From assembly GCA_003427395.1 (NCBI GenBank), contig BFEA01000013.1:4168168-4232167 (forward strand): 64,000 bases of DNA, in the 5' to 3' direction. Source of the stretch: Chara braunii. Taxonomy: Eukaryota > Plantae > Charophyceae. Shown here one piece after another: positions 52,001-64,000 of this stretch (its first letter is position 1; every line of letters starts with the position of its first letter). The notes under the pieces are model-generated. The model worked only from the letters and a program-made list of their open reading frames with translations. It ran no database searches and was not told the origin of the DNA. The position numbers were made by a program, and so were the translations under genes.

Positions 52001-52778
52001 GAAGATGGGCCTTCCAAAATATAGGACTACCTTTCCACTCAAAAGATGTCTCAACCATAAAACAACTCAAACTGAGAGGCTAGCTTATGGGTCCTCATCA
52101 CAACTCAAACAATAAACATTTGGCATGGTAAGCATTCGAGTCTCAAGGACTCACGAATCCCTTAGGATTCCTACACTTCTTCACAAAAACAAACTGCACT
52201 TCCCCTTCTTATACCCGGCCCTTTTACCCACCCAATAGCAGATCGCACGCGTATACCGAAGAGTAGACAGTTCATACCCATCCACACTTCACAAACATAT
52301 AAGCCACACATGATATTTTTCATAGGCCTTTCACACCAAACCACCATACATCAGGATAAAACCATACATGTGAGCGTGAGAGTGACCGTCATATACAAGG
52401 AAATAGTCCCAAAATCTTCACTCAATATACACTTAGGAATAAAATGTCTCTCAAAACCCAATATCGGTACTCAACTGCCTGCCCCTCTCATGCCAAGTAG
52501 GCTCATGTCTCAAGTGTTTTAACTCTCAAAACACTCTTAAAGGTACAAGTAAAATCCGAATCATGAAAATGTAAACCAAATATCTCCGGATATCCCACAA
52601 CTGAGTCCTATCTCTTGAATCGTAACAAAAAAAAATCCTAAAACTCTACTGTACACTACCCTCTATTTATGTACAAGAAAACAAGACACATGTATCCGAC
52701 TTATGGTATATACATCTCTAACTCACTCTTTATGTACAAAGGCATCCTACTCTTACTGACGTATAGACAAACCAGCCC

Positions 52779-55651
52779 CTACTCACTCATCTCCTCTTGG
52801 TTTTGCCTATATAACTGAGCTCTACCCCCATCTGGAGCTCTCTCCACCACTCGACCTTGCCTATCGTACATCCTCCTGTCCCTCTCAGTAACTCGCCCTG
52901 CGGCCTTATCTTCAAGGAACTTTGGACATTTTAGGGCCCTCTGCATACCATCCAGAAAATAAAAGCACATAGTCTCTGACTTTCTCTGAAACTTCCTCTT
53001 CTTCTTCTGGGATCCTGACGGTGGGAGTATCTCTCATATCTCTCTACCCACCTCGTGACTCCGAGGCAGGTGCCACGACCCCTCGGCCCTCTCCCCAAAT
53101 CCCTGAGCACTAGGCTCCCCTCGCGCCTCACTTCTCTCGGACCTGTACTCGGGAGTATCCAACCTCAGTGGCCTACCCTCGTGGGTCCCCTCTATCACGA
53201 CCACTTCCTCACTCTCGTGAAGCTCCAAAGTCTGAGGGGCAGCTGCCATCGCAGGCTGGCTCGTGACCTCCTACTGCTGCCGCTCAGTGGCCTGCCCTCC
53301 TGAATCAGTCCCTGTGGCCAGGAGCCCAACTGTGTCCTCAACTCCCCCATTTCCGGCATATGCTCCATGGTCTCCAGTCTCTGAGGCCTCTTTGACGACA
53401 TATCTACTTCCATGGCGGCCACCAACTCGTCCAGACGCGACGGCTCTCTCCCTTGTGCCTCAGCCCCAATAAGGGTCCCTTCCTGCACTTCCAAAAGGAT
53501 CGTAAGTGACTCCCCTGCATCTTCTTCCTCAACCGGTGCAGGTTGAGGTTCCTGAGTTGGCATTTCCCTAGGGGCCTCAGCTGAAATAGGGGCCTCTTAC
53601 TGTGAGGCTAACTCAGTGGGAGCCTTGAACTTAAAGCTTCCCTGCCTAGCCTTCTTCTTCGCCTCTACTTCAGCCGGATCCAGAAACACCTTCCCTAGCT
53701 TTCCTTGCTGAGATGTCTTTGTCGCCTCTCTCTAGCCAAATAGTCTTTGCATCCCTTCGCCTTGAATGCCATACCTGCTCTGCTCAGTTCAATCGACCAC
53801 CTTAGTGGCCGAAAATCTCTCTACTGCAGCTGATGTCTCCTTAAGCTTTTTCTCCCACTCAGCTTCCTTGGCTTCCAGGCGAGTCCTTCAGGCCTTGTTT
53901 TCAGCCCTTTCTTCTGCGAGCTGAGCAGTCAGCTGTTCCACCTCTCCCTTCCTGATTGCCAGCTCATCACTAGTCAGGGTATACCTGCGGAAGGATGTGG
54001 TTGCTGCTTGTCGTATCCTCCTGTCCACCCGCTCAATGGCCATCCTGGCGGCAGAAAATCCCAATCCCCCAATCTATATTGCCTCATCTGCCCTCTCGTC
54101 CACCTGCCCCGCCTCTTGTGACCTCTGGCGAGCCTCCTCCCTTCGGCTCTCATATCTGGCCCACAACTCATAAATCCTCTGCTCGCTCATCCTGGGGTCA
54201 ACTGGTGGGGTTGGCTCATATATTTCGGCAAGGCGGGCCTGTACCCTGGCAGATTTTGCCTCGGCAGTCTCCTCTGACGGCCTTTCCATCCTCACTCCAC
54301 GGACCTCTCTAACTGGAGCCTGCGCGCCCATCTCTGGCTCGATGCGTGATGGTCCTGATGATGGCCCTACTGAGATAGGCATCTCAATATCAGGGTGCTC
54401 AAATGCATGTGCGGCTAAGCGCGAATCAATGACCATGCGGGTCTCAGCCCTCCATCCTTCCTCTGGCCTTCCAACCTCTGTCTCTTGTCTGGGTGACATA
54501 ATGGCCCCTGGTGGGGATGCTGGAATCTCCTCGCTATCTGGCTTGGGGATTCCCTCTGGCCAAGGCTGCCGCACCTGCTTCGGACCTGGGGTATGAGGAG
54601 GAGTATCACCCTCTATTGTAATGATTTCCCCCGCGTGCAACTCCCCCTGCCTGCGTGGCTCAGCCTCAGGCTCAGGGCGCAACGACTCCTCCATTAGTGG
54701 GTCCGCTGGGCCCACCCCCATTAGTGGGGCTTCCCATTGGGAAGTGTCAAGATGAGCCTCCAGACTCCTAAACGGTGCCTCTGATGGCCCACTCTCCCCC
54801 TACTCTGACGGTCGCAGCGAAGGCTTTTGTAAGTCATTACCAGTGACTTGATGAAACTCCACCTGCCTAAGCCCACAAGCAGGGAAAGACTCTATTGCCT
54901 GAGCAGGTCCTGCTCGCCCCCCTTTCTGCTGCGCCAAAGCCTTCCGGCCTCCCCTAGTCGCGATGACTTCTCTCGTCTCTAGATCCCTCAGCCTCTTACT
55001 CCTTCGTCTCCTATCAACCCTAGGCTCAAGCCTTTCTGGTTCTGGCCGCCGAAACGCCTCTCTCAACTGAGCCTGGCAATCCTCCCAGTTGCGCGCCCTA
55101 TCCCTGATCTGCCTTGCCAGTGGCCTTTCCGCCCTTATGGTCCATAGGAGTACGGTCTGCATCCACTCATCCCTTTGAACTCCCTGATCGATAATATACT
55201 GCTCATATGCTGGGATGAACTCCTCCGCATTTCCCTCCTCCAAACGGATAGGCAACCCATCACATCCCACAGGTGAAGCCCTCAATCTCTGCATCCTTGC
55301 TTCCACCTTCGGCCAAGTCAACGCTTCCTCCCTGATATGTGCAATAGGCTCTTTAAACCGCCCCATTCCCCTCAAATGCCGTATCATCTCAGGTACAGCC
55401 CACCCTCTCTGAATCACATGATCTTGGTAGACGTCTAGGAAGAGCTCGATGTTGTCATCATCAAAGATAGGTGTAGGCTCTCGCCTGAAGGGCCCATGTT
55501 GCTCTCCCCCTCCGGATGCCCCGAGAGGTCTCTGTCGTGGCCGTGTGTCCCTCCCGCCCTTCTGCATGGCCGCCTTCGAAAAGTCAGGCCTGCACATCAG
55601 GCGAGAGAAAGCAAACAGGCACACAGCAGGATCAACATACAGGCTCATCAA
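52779..55651 (-). pseudogene. Decayed extra ORF downstream of pol, with Gag-capsid-like N-terminus and Glu/Pro/Arg-rich remainder
   Basis: Consecutive - strand ORF fragments of similar composition, including PIFDDDNIELFLDVY and EEGNAEEFIPAYE...NWEDCQAQLREAF. Confidence 0.55.
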
Positions 55652-55796
55652 GTCTCAGAGCAAACATACACCCAATTCCAAACACATCTAACCCTTCCCT
55701 CTTTCTATCTATCCTAATCATGACATACGACATTTAGAATGGGAGTTTATCTTAGGGTTTTTTTTACTTTTACCTATTCCCTGGCCACGAACTTCT

Positions 55797-58425
55797 TCAA
55801 TCTTGTCCCGGACATCCAATCTTTCCATTCCGTCCCATCCAGTTCCTCAATCTGGTAGGCCCCGAATTCGCCATATCACACAATTTTGTAAGGCCCCAAC
55901 CACCTTTTATCGAGCTTCCTCGACCACTGCTTCTCCAGAGAAGAATCATATAGCAGCACAATATCTCCAACTGCCAATGGCTCATTTCGCACTCGTGCCA
56001 TCTGATCCCATTGCATCTTATCCTCCATGCGTCTCCTTTCCACCTGATTGGAGGCCTCCCGTATCCTTTCCTCAGCAACACCCACTTGTCGTGCCCGAAT
56101 ATCGAGCAATTCCTCGAACGACAGGTTGGTCGCCAAGTCTTGGCGCCTCCAGGTCTTCAAGAATCTTTCTATGGGAAAGGTGGCATGTCTTCCATACCAC
56201 AAAGTGGCAGGCACGCACTTGGTAGTCCTCTTTACCGTGACATTTTCAACGAAGAGGGCTGCTCGTAGGAACTTCGGCCACTAACCGGGGCTACCTTCCG
56301 TCCATTTAGCTAGAAGATTCGTGATAGTACTATGCCCCCTTTCCACTGGTGCGTTTGCTTGGGGATGTGCAGCGGTAGTGTAATTTGCCACTACTCCATA
56401 CCCTGCAAGTAACGTTAGTACCTCTCTGCAAGTAAACTCCGATCCTCGATCCATCACGAACTCCTTGATGAAAGGATACCGTAGGTAATAATCCTCGATG
56501 CAGCTTGCCAAACTGGGTCGGTCTTCGTGCGAATGGCCCGACCGTCCACAAACCTAGTAAGGTTGTCTTGCACATCGAAGATATAGTTATATCCATTCTC
56601 CACAACTGGCATGAAGAGCAGATTCAGATGTACGACCGCGCCTACCTCTCTCTCTAACCTTGGGTGTAAGGGTTCTCCTGGCCTTTGTGCCGATCGCTCT
56701 TGGCAAGGTACACAGGTTTGGCAGTAATTGATGACCATGTCCAACATTCCACTCCAGTAGTATAACTCGCTTATCTTAGCGTATGTGGCATTTACTCCCT
56801 TGTGCCCCCCTGCTATACTGTCGTGCAATACTGCGATAATGTCGATCTGTCGGTTCCTCCCGCATACAATTCGCTTGGGATTCCCGACTTGTCACTTTAT
56901 GAACAGATGGCCATCCCTCACCACATAGAGATGCCTCATCTTCTGGGCCCTAGCACTCGCATCCCTGTTCCTCATCTCACAGGATAGGAGTAGACCCAAC
57001 TCAAGGTAGGTCCCATCATACTCCTCTGCCCGAAACACCTCTTTAATCTCCCCTTCCTCGAACTCATCATCCTGACTCTCAGACGCAAAATCCTCGCCTT
57101 CAGTCGGATTCAATGAGCCTCTTCGGTCGAAATCACTTTGCAAAAGCGTATTCGTAAGGAGGTACATCCCTCCCATCAGCTGCTCATGCTCCTCGACATG
57201 AGTAGGGCCTTCCTCTATCGTCCTTACTCCCTCCGCCAAACTATGTGTACCTGCCAACGCCAATTTCATCATCCAGTGAACGTCCTTGCCTCCCCATGGG
57301 TCCTCCTCCTGAAACGGCTTGAGAACTAATTCTGCCTTTTGCTCATACCCTCTAGGCACTATCCACATGGGGTGGCTGACACAGTTGGGCACTCGCAAGG
57401 ACCACTTGTTTATATGGAGCCAAGCGTCCTCTTCCTGGTCCAAGAACCCATCAACTGGTGGAGTATCTTCAGTCGACTCCTGAATCCAACTTGTCCCAGT
57501 TAATGCGGCTCAAACCATCTGCCTTGTTCTTGTTTCCCGGAATCCTCTCCAATTCGAAGTTAAACATCCAAATGTACGTCAACCATCGTGCGACGGTTGG
57601 GTCAGATGGAGTATAATTCTTCAGGGAACAGGCGAACGCAGTGGGATCCACCCTCAATATGAACCTCCTGCCGAAAACATAGTTCCGGAAGATCCTCAGG
57701 CAATGGAGCACCGCAAGCGTCTCCTTTCTGAACTGAGAGTAGTTCCTCTCAGTCGCATTAAGAGTCCGACTTTCAAATCTAAGCGGTCTCTCCTTTCCTT
57801 CAGCATCCGCCTGAATTAGGACTCCTCCCAAAGCAGTCGGCCCAGTGTCTGTCTCGATGATGAAAGGCTTTTCCTCAGTCATTTCATAATTCGGCGCCCC
57901 CAATACTAACCCTCCTTCCTTGAATTCCCCCTTCATCCGTGTTACCGCCTCTTCCTGATCTTCACCCCAAAACCACTCCTGATCCTGACACACCAGTTTC
58001 CTTAAATGCTCGGTCTTGGCGGCAAAGTCCTTTACAAAGCTCCTCCAAAATCCACAGGTGCCAAGAAAGTTTCTCACATCCGTTATGGAGTGAAAAGGTA
58101 CTGGCCATTCTACGATCTTGTTCGTCTTTTTCACATCCGGTCTCCGACCATTCTCATTGCAGACAAAACGCAGGATGGTAGCTTCCTTCATGCAGTGCTT
58201 GGATTTCGGACCGCTCGCAGTAAGGTTGTATTCCTCCAACAGGCTCAAGATCTGATCAAGGTCTTGAATATGCCTCCAGACGAAACGCCTTACTCCGGGC
58301 AACACTTCGTCCTCCTCTCTCTCCTTCGGGCCTTTGACCGCCAAGTCATCGATACAAGGTTGAGTGATGTGTGGACTGGCCGTCTGCATGGCCCTGATCA
58401 GATGTCCCTGCACCATTGCCAATGC
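55797..58425 (-). pseudogene. Gypsy pol: RT C-terminal half, RNase H, integrase with GPY/F
   Basis: PCIDDLAVKGP, FLGTCGFWRSF, RPLRFESR, ADGLSR, HDS..GHKG..CQTCVPCQ, MDRGSEF, PVERGH, WLGPYKI. Confidence 0.92.
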
Positions 58426-59317
58426 AATGGTTGTCGCCCCAATTCCATGCATTTTTTGCCAGTCTTCGACGTGTGGGCCAATGGAAAACGTACCCTAACT
58501 CCTGTGTTTTTTTACAGTCAGAAGAATGCATTAAAAATCGTGAAACTCGAGGGCCTGTAGATTAAGTCGTGATCTTTCCAAGAAAAATAGTTAAAAAAAT
58601 AAAATAAAAAAAATTCGACTGTCAAGTAGAGAGATGTTTAACGGGGCACCAAATATTCGCCGTTTTCACCAGCAATTTCGGTGCGAAATTCATCCAAAAA
58701 TTCAAAAACAAACGATACGGGCCAATAGTGCAAACATCAAAAAAAGAAACAGGCCAAAGAAACTGGAAAAGAAAAACATAAAATCACTTTAGAACTCTAA
58801 CGCAAAATTACTATCCAAGTTAAAATGAAGCGCCCAACTAACTTAACAAAATGCCAACTTTTTCATTATCGATCCAAACATCTCAATATTGGACACATGA
58901 TGTACCCTGAAGCACATATTTTCCATTTCTGCCATTCGGTCGGTTTTCCAGTCTGCAAGGTTAGGGTTTGGACACACAGACACATCCTGCTGTGCCAGCT
59001 GTCTGACACTGTATACACTTAAAAAAAAAACGGTTCCACACAGGGACCCAATCTGCCTCAACCGATATCTCATCAGGCAGTTGGGTCTCTCAAATCTGTG
59101 GGTGGGTTCAAACCCCAACTACAATAGTCAGCAGCGAACTTTAAAACATTAATATAAATGTGTGTGTGGTGGGGGATGGGCAGATGCGTAACTGTCTGTG
59201 TGTGTCAAGTGCGTGCCGCACACAAGAAAAACTTATCTTCGTCCTTTTGGTGGGCAGGTGTGTAACTCTCCTAATATAAATGTGTGTAAGGGGGGGGGGG
59301 GGGCAGGGGGTCTACAC

Positions 59318-59355
59318 CTGTCTCTTATACACATCTAGATGTGTATAAGAGACAG
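59318..59355. other. Nextera mate-pair junction adapter (two inverted Tn5 mosaic ends); assembly contamination
   Basis: Exact CTGTCTCTTATACACATCT+AGATGTGTATAAGAGACAG. Confidence 0.98.
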
Positions 59356-59473
59356 ATATATGAGTCGGTGAAACTCTGACGAAACGGTTTGTCACAGCCC
59401 CTCGTTTGTTGTCCTCTTCTCTCTCTCTGCCTACGGTTTACCGGGCAGTTCTGTTTGTGACGATATATATATN

Positions 59474-59871
59474 CTTTCGGTGACCGAGACTGGTACGAAA
59501 ACGACAGCGGCGCGCGAAAGAAAAACACATGCAAGAAAATGAAAAAAACAACAACCGCAGAACGACACCCGACAAACGAAAACTAAAGCGAAAAAAGGGC
59601 AGAAACAAAAACAAAAGCAAAAAAAAGGTCGCCTGCTCTGGCTCACCTCCCAGATGTTCATCCGCATCAAAGCCGCCCGTGTGCCCCGCCCCTGGGGCGC
59701 GCACCCACGTTTGGTGGTGCGCTGTGAACATTTCGGTACGCGCACCCCTCTACACACTCCCCCGCCCTCGATCCCCTTCATCCGCCGCCCCTCATCAAAA
59801 CCTTAACCCAAATCTGGCGCGCAGCGCATCATGGACTTTCCTCCGCGGCAAATGCTGCTTAAGGGATAGGA
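59474..59871 (-). mobile_element. Probable Helitron 5' terminal segment, second copy
   Basis: - strand starts A|TCCTATCCCTTAAG; homologous to 42899-43290. Confidence 0.55.
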
Positions 59872-59938
59872 TTATTTTTCTGCCTACCGGCCTTTCTCTT
59901 GCCAGTGCCTCAACTCCTACTAGGTGTAGCGGGAACCA

Positions 59939-60160
59939 GCTCTGATACCACTGAAATGGTCCAAGTCCTCACCAGCATCCCACCTTGCAAACATGCCATG
60001 AACATCCACATGAGAGTTCACACGTGAGAAACCAAGTTGAGATACAATCAACACATGTGGGGAACCGTCACCAAATTATTATCATTATACAAGAAATGCT
60101 TATGTCGCCAACGGTGCATACACGCACTTAGACTTGATCTCAATTGGTTGGCGGTCATGG

Positions 60161-60246
<86 letters not shown>

Positions 60247-60630
60247 TGTGTGTGTCTGCTCCCTATATCCTAGATCGTCACCCTGGATACACCCACTCAA
60301 GTAAGCTATGTCACTCGGTGGCTATGACCGCCCTACCTCCTACCTCCCTTCACCCTGGCTATGGAGTAACTGTCGAGCACCCACTTCCTCCTCCAGGTGC
60401 GACGTGCCCAAGTTGCCTTAACGCACAAGCAGCAGCAGCGCTATCTCATCTTGCAATTTGAACAAGTCATGAGCCGCTGCACTGTAGCAGCTAAATATAG
60501 GACTTGACTTGGCTTGGCCTGCTTCAGACCGGTATCGGGCGGCCGCAGCCTGTCTGCTGCAAACATTTTGTCAGTCCAGTACCTTCCGGACTGTCCTGAG
60601 ACATGCTGCAAAATTGGACTTGGGACTGGA
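59939..60630 (-). mobile_element. PBS (59939-59950) plus partial 5' LTR (59952-60630) of the 21076-22036 family
   Basis: TGGTATCAGAGC on the - strand, 1 nt from the LTR end. Clear reverse similarity to ~21258-22036. Confidence 0.88.
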
Positions 60631-61799
60631 AACAGAGTATCCTATCCAAGTTTGTCAAAGTTTGGCTGGTGGGAAGGAAAATCGCAGAGTTGACAGACTT
60701 CAACATACGGTGGAAAGAATGGCATAACTCGGAAACGAGGTGGAGAAGTTCAGGACTCCACCCTTCGGACGGTCGGCAGGGTCAACAGACCACATAAGGA
60801 TGATAAAAAATCCTCAAAGCTACCCAAGAGCAACCTTTCTGTCGTTTCTCGGTTTTCCTTGTTTTTTCAAAGCTTTAGGTGACAGATTTTCAGAAAGGAA
60901 ATCTGAGAGGGAATTCAGGGAATGGCACGCTGACAGTCAATCCTCCTATCAGGAGTAATCAATGCTGGTCAGGGTTCCTTCGGCCATACGGAAGGAAACG
61001 TGAGGGTGTACCATGTTGTATTCAATTTTGACTTGCCGGGGGAATAGGAACCGGATTGACTCTCCCCAGAAAAAAAAAGGACCTTCCTGAGGAAAAAAAA
61101 AAAAAAAAAAAAGGAGCCACGGCAGAGAAAATGCACCACGGTTCTAAGGCTGCCCTAAGGTCGCCATAACTATGGTCTTGTATGGACAGTAGGGCACACA
61201 CCCTTTGGCCTGTATTTGCTATGAGACACAGACTTATATGTCGATTTTAGGTCTTTTTTTCATGTCCTGAGTTTTGTAAGCTAATTATAACTTGTTCAGT
61301 AGGTCGGTAGACTAAGCTGGTCAGCCCAGTGCTGTCTAAACACAAATTCAATATTCTATTCCACGAGAAGAAGAAGAAGAACCAGGTGGTCCGACTTTCC
61401 CTGTTTTGGTGCCTTTACGGTGATGGCAGGTGTTGGAAGGTGCTTGGCTCCTTGTGGACTGCATGTATTTCAACCTCCATTATTTGGTGTGACCATGCTA
61501 GGGTCATCTCATGGCTTTGACCCTAATGGGATTACAACAGGTAGGAGGAATTCTCTCCCTGTCTTCACACAAACCCAAAGATTGGATATTGTTATTCTGT
61601 TCTTTATCAAGAGGTATCGTTTGTTGCAGAGGAACAAAGGAATACAGTGGGGACAACGAACACTTGAAGATCTGTTGCTGCATCACACATAAGAAAACAG
61701 ACAAAAGAGAGCAGAATCAGCAGATGTTTTTGAAAACAATAAAGATGTGCATAGAAAAATAAGGAAACTAACAAAAAAAACACAAACATGTCTCTCTTT

Positions 61800-62259
<460 letters not shown>

Positions 62260-62934
62260 ATCAGAGATTTTTTTTTTTAAAGGGGGGAGGTAAGTTGACC
62301 TTGGACACCGGACCCCTCTGGAAGGATTGGGACTGTGATGGAAAAGTCTAGAAGGCCAGCCTTTCTTCTCAGGAGGAGCCTAACCAGGGGACCCGAAAAA
62401 ATGCATACCTGTAGACCCCTCTGGCCGGAATAGACCAATAACAGAAAACAGGCTAGGTCAGCGGATTTGGAAGGGAGAGAGTGTTGGGCCTGACCAAGAA
62501 GCCGCGAGAACCGGAATCGACGTGTCTACCGACCAAAAATAGAAATAAATACGTGAGTGTTAGTATAACCCGGCCTCTTAGTTCCATTCTACCCTCGGGA
62601 GGAAAAGCATGAGAATCGCTGACTTGGCGCGACTCTGCTTTTCCCCTGAAGGAAGGATTTCAATCTTCCAAACACCAACAGTTATCGGGACAGTTGTTCT
62701 TCAACGTTAGTGGCTACTCAGAGACCTGTCGACCTGGATGGACCAATGTCACTGGAGGAGATGCTGTCCGTTCAGGATACGGTCTTCGGAGAAAATGAGG
62801 GCAGTGTGCCCGCGCAGGTGAAAGACTCGTTACCCATGGTATGTCGTATGTATTGAACTGGTTATATGAGACTGGCAAACTACGTTTCTTTAAAAAAAAG
62901 CATGTGATGAAAGATGTTTATGCTTATTGATCTA

Positions 62935-62995
62935 TCCCTCTGATGAGTTAACCTGTGGCTGGTTAATGAAAAACGCGTTTTAGGGAGGTTGCCAC
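62935..62995 (+). ncRNA. Type I hammerhead ribozyme with loop II pseudoknot
   Basis: TCCCT CTGATGA GTTAACC TGTGGCT GGTTAAT GAA AAACGCGTTT T AGGGA GGTT GCCAC. Confidence 0.82.
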
Positions 62996-63949
62996 GATCC
63001 CCAGCTAAGCATCTTGAGTTTTTTCCTGTCTACCCGGTCTTGAGGTGAAATGACAGGATATACGCTTGCTTGAAACATATAGCTTAAATTAGCCTTTTTT
63101 GTTGCTGCTCACAAATTCTTCGATTAATCGCGTAATTGTCATTTCGTAACTGGATTTTTTGTGGCTTTTATGAATGTATACTGTTCTTCGGACGTGCAAG
63201 GCAATTTTTCGCCGAAATACGTAGGGAGCATGTTTTGAAGATACTCAAGCCTATGCGCTGCAAGTGAATCAGGTCCACGCGGAGGGGAACAGCGTGGTAG
63301 CTGCGCGGAAACTGATGATGCTGACATAGGAAGCTGTTGGTCCTGGGATAGGAGGGCGTTTCTGAATACGGATGGGGATGTTTTTTTTAGCACATATGAA
63401 TACGATAGTTGGTTGCAGAGTAATGTAAAAGATAGAGAAGGAAACATTGGTCTAGATACCACCATAGCATGACATGTCTCATTTGCATGAGTGAGGGTAT
63501 TGGTAAAAATGATCTTTGAAGGTCATTCTGGGTGAGATAGGCAGACTAGCGAATGGAGAGTTATTGTAGTCAATGGCCGGAACGTGATACGAGAATCCTT
63601 GGGAAGATCGACTGTGAGAAGGGTGTACGGTAAAGTACCTGGGTCGTTACATTTGTTATTCTCGTGTGTAGTCCAGTCATGTGAACGGTTGAATTCAGAT
63701 CTACCGTCTACGTCTATTTTAATCTGCATACCTTGTTGCCATTGGATCTGCTCTGAATAACTTGTTGGCTTTCAAATTTGGCTGAAGGTGATTTCTGTCA
63801 GTTTGCTGGTCGACGAAATCGGAGAAATGAGTGATAATTAGTTCTTACATACTGGATTGTTTGATGCGGAAATCGCAACCGTCTCCCTGGGAGTCCACGA
63901 TTCGGAGTGCCTTATGGCACTGAAGGGCAGCGTTCGCTCTTATTTATAC

Positions 63950-64000
<51 letters not shown>

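Larger units (their letters stand above)
46980..58425 (-). mobile_element. Large divergent Ty3/gypsy-like element: pol, extra downstream ORF(s) and long 3' non-coding region; 5' truncated, left boundary uncertain
   Basis: RT-RH-IN on the - strand, followed by further - strand coding remnants. No LTR pair identified. Confidence 0.6.

Noticed and set aside
63139-63729. Penelope RT remnant (LPY...PK...FRP)
   Set aside because: Only a faint resemblance, on the strand opposite the hammerhead, with no downstream RT motifs.

Overview
Eukaryotic, almost entirely transposon-derived scaffold region with N gaps and microsatellites. The plant-type U2 snRNA fragment and the style of the elements suggest a streptophyte alga such as Chara; this is inference, not a database result. 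No host protein-coding gene is supportable. The window holds four decayed chromodomain-bearing Ty3/gypsy elements. One of these (3699-12695) is structurally complete with LTRs, tRNA-iMet PBS, PPT and a TAAA TSD. There is also an L1/Tx1-type LINE (~23.1-31.1 kb), a divergent gypsy with a Gag-like ORF downstream of pol and a long 3' region, and Helitron-like ends. The most interesting content is structured RNA carried by these repeats. (1) Ten hairpins at 48.25-49.07 kb share a near-constant 20-nt top, while their basal stems differ in sequence yet remain paired. (2) A type III hammerhead ribozyme occurs in a (TA)n-associated repeat, with two full copies on opposite strands plus truncated copies. 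(3) A separate type I hammerhead with a pseudoknot lies at 62.94 kb. (4) A polyadenylated 5' fragment of U2 snRNA sits 6 nt from a LINE poly(A) tail. (5) A dense cluster of 5' splice-donor motifs lies antisense to the large gypsy. A Nextera mate-pair adapter at 59318-59355 and several duplications flanking N gaps are assembly artefacts.
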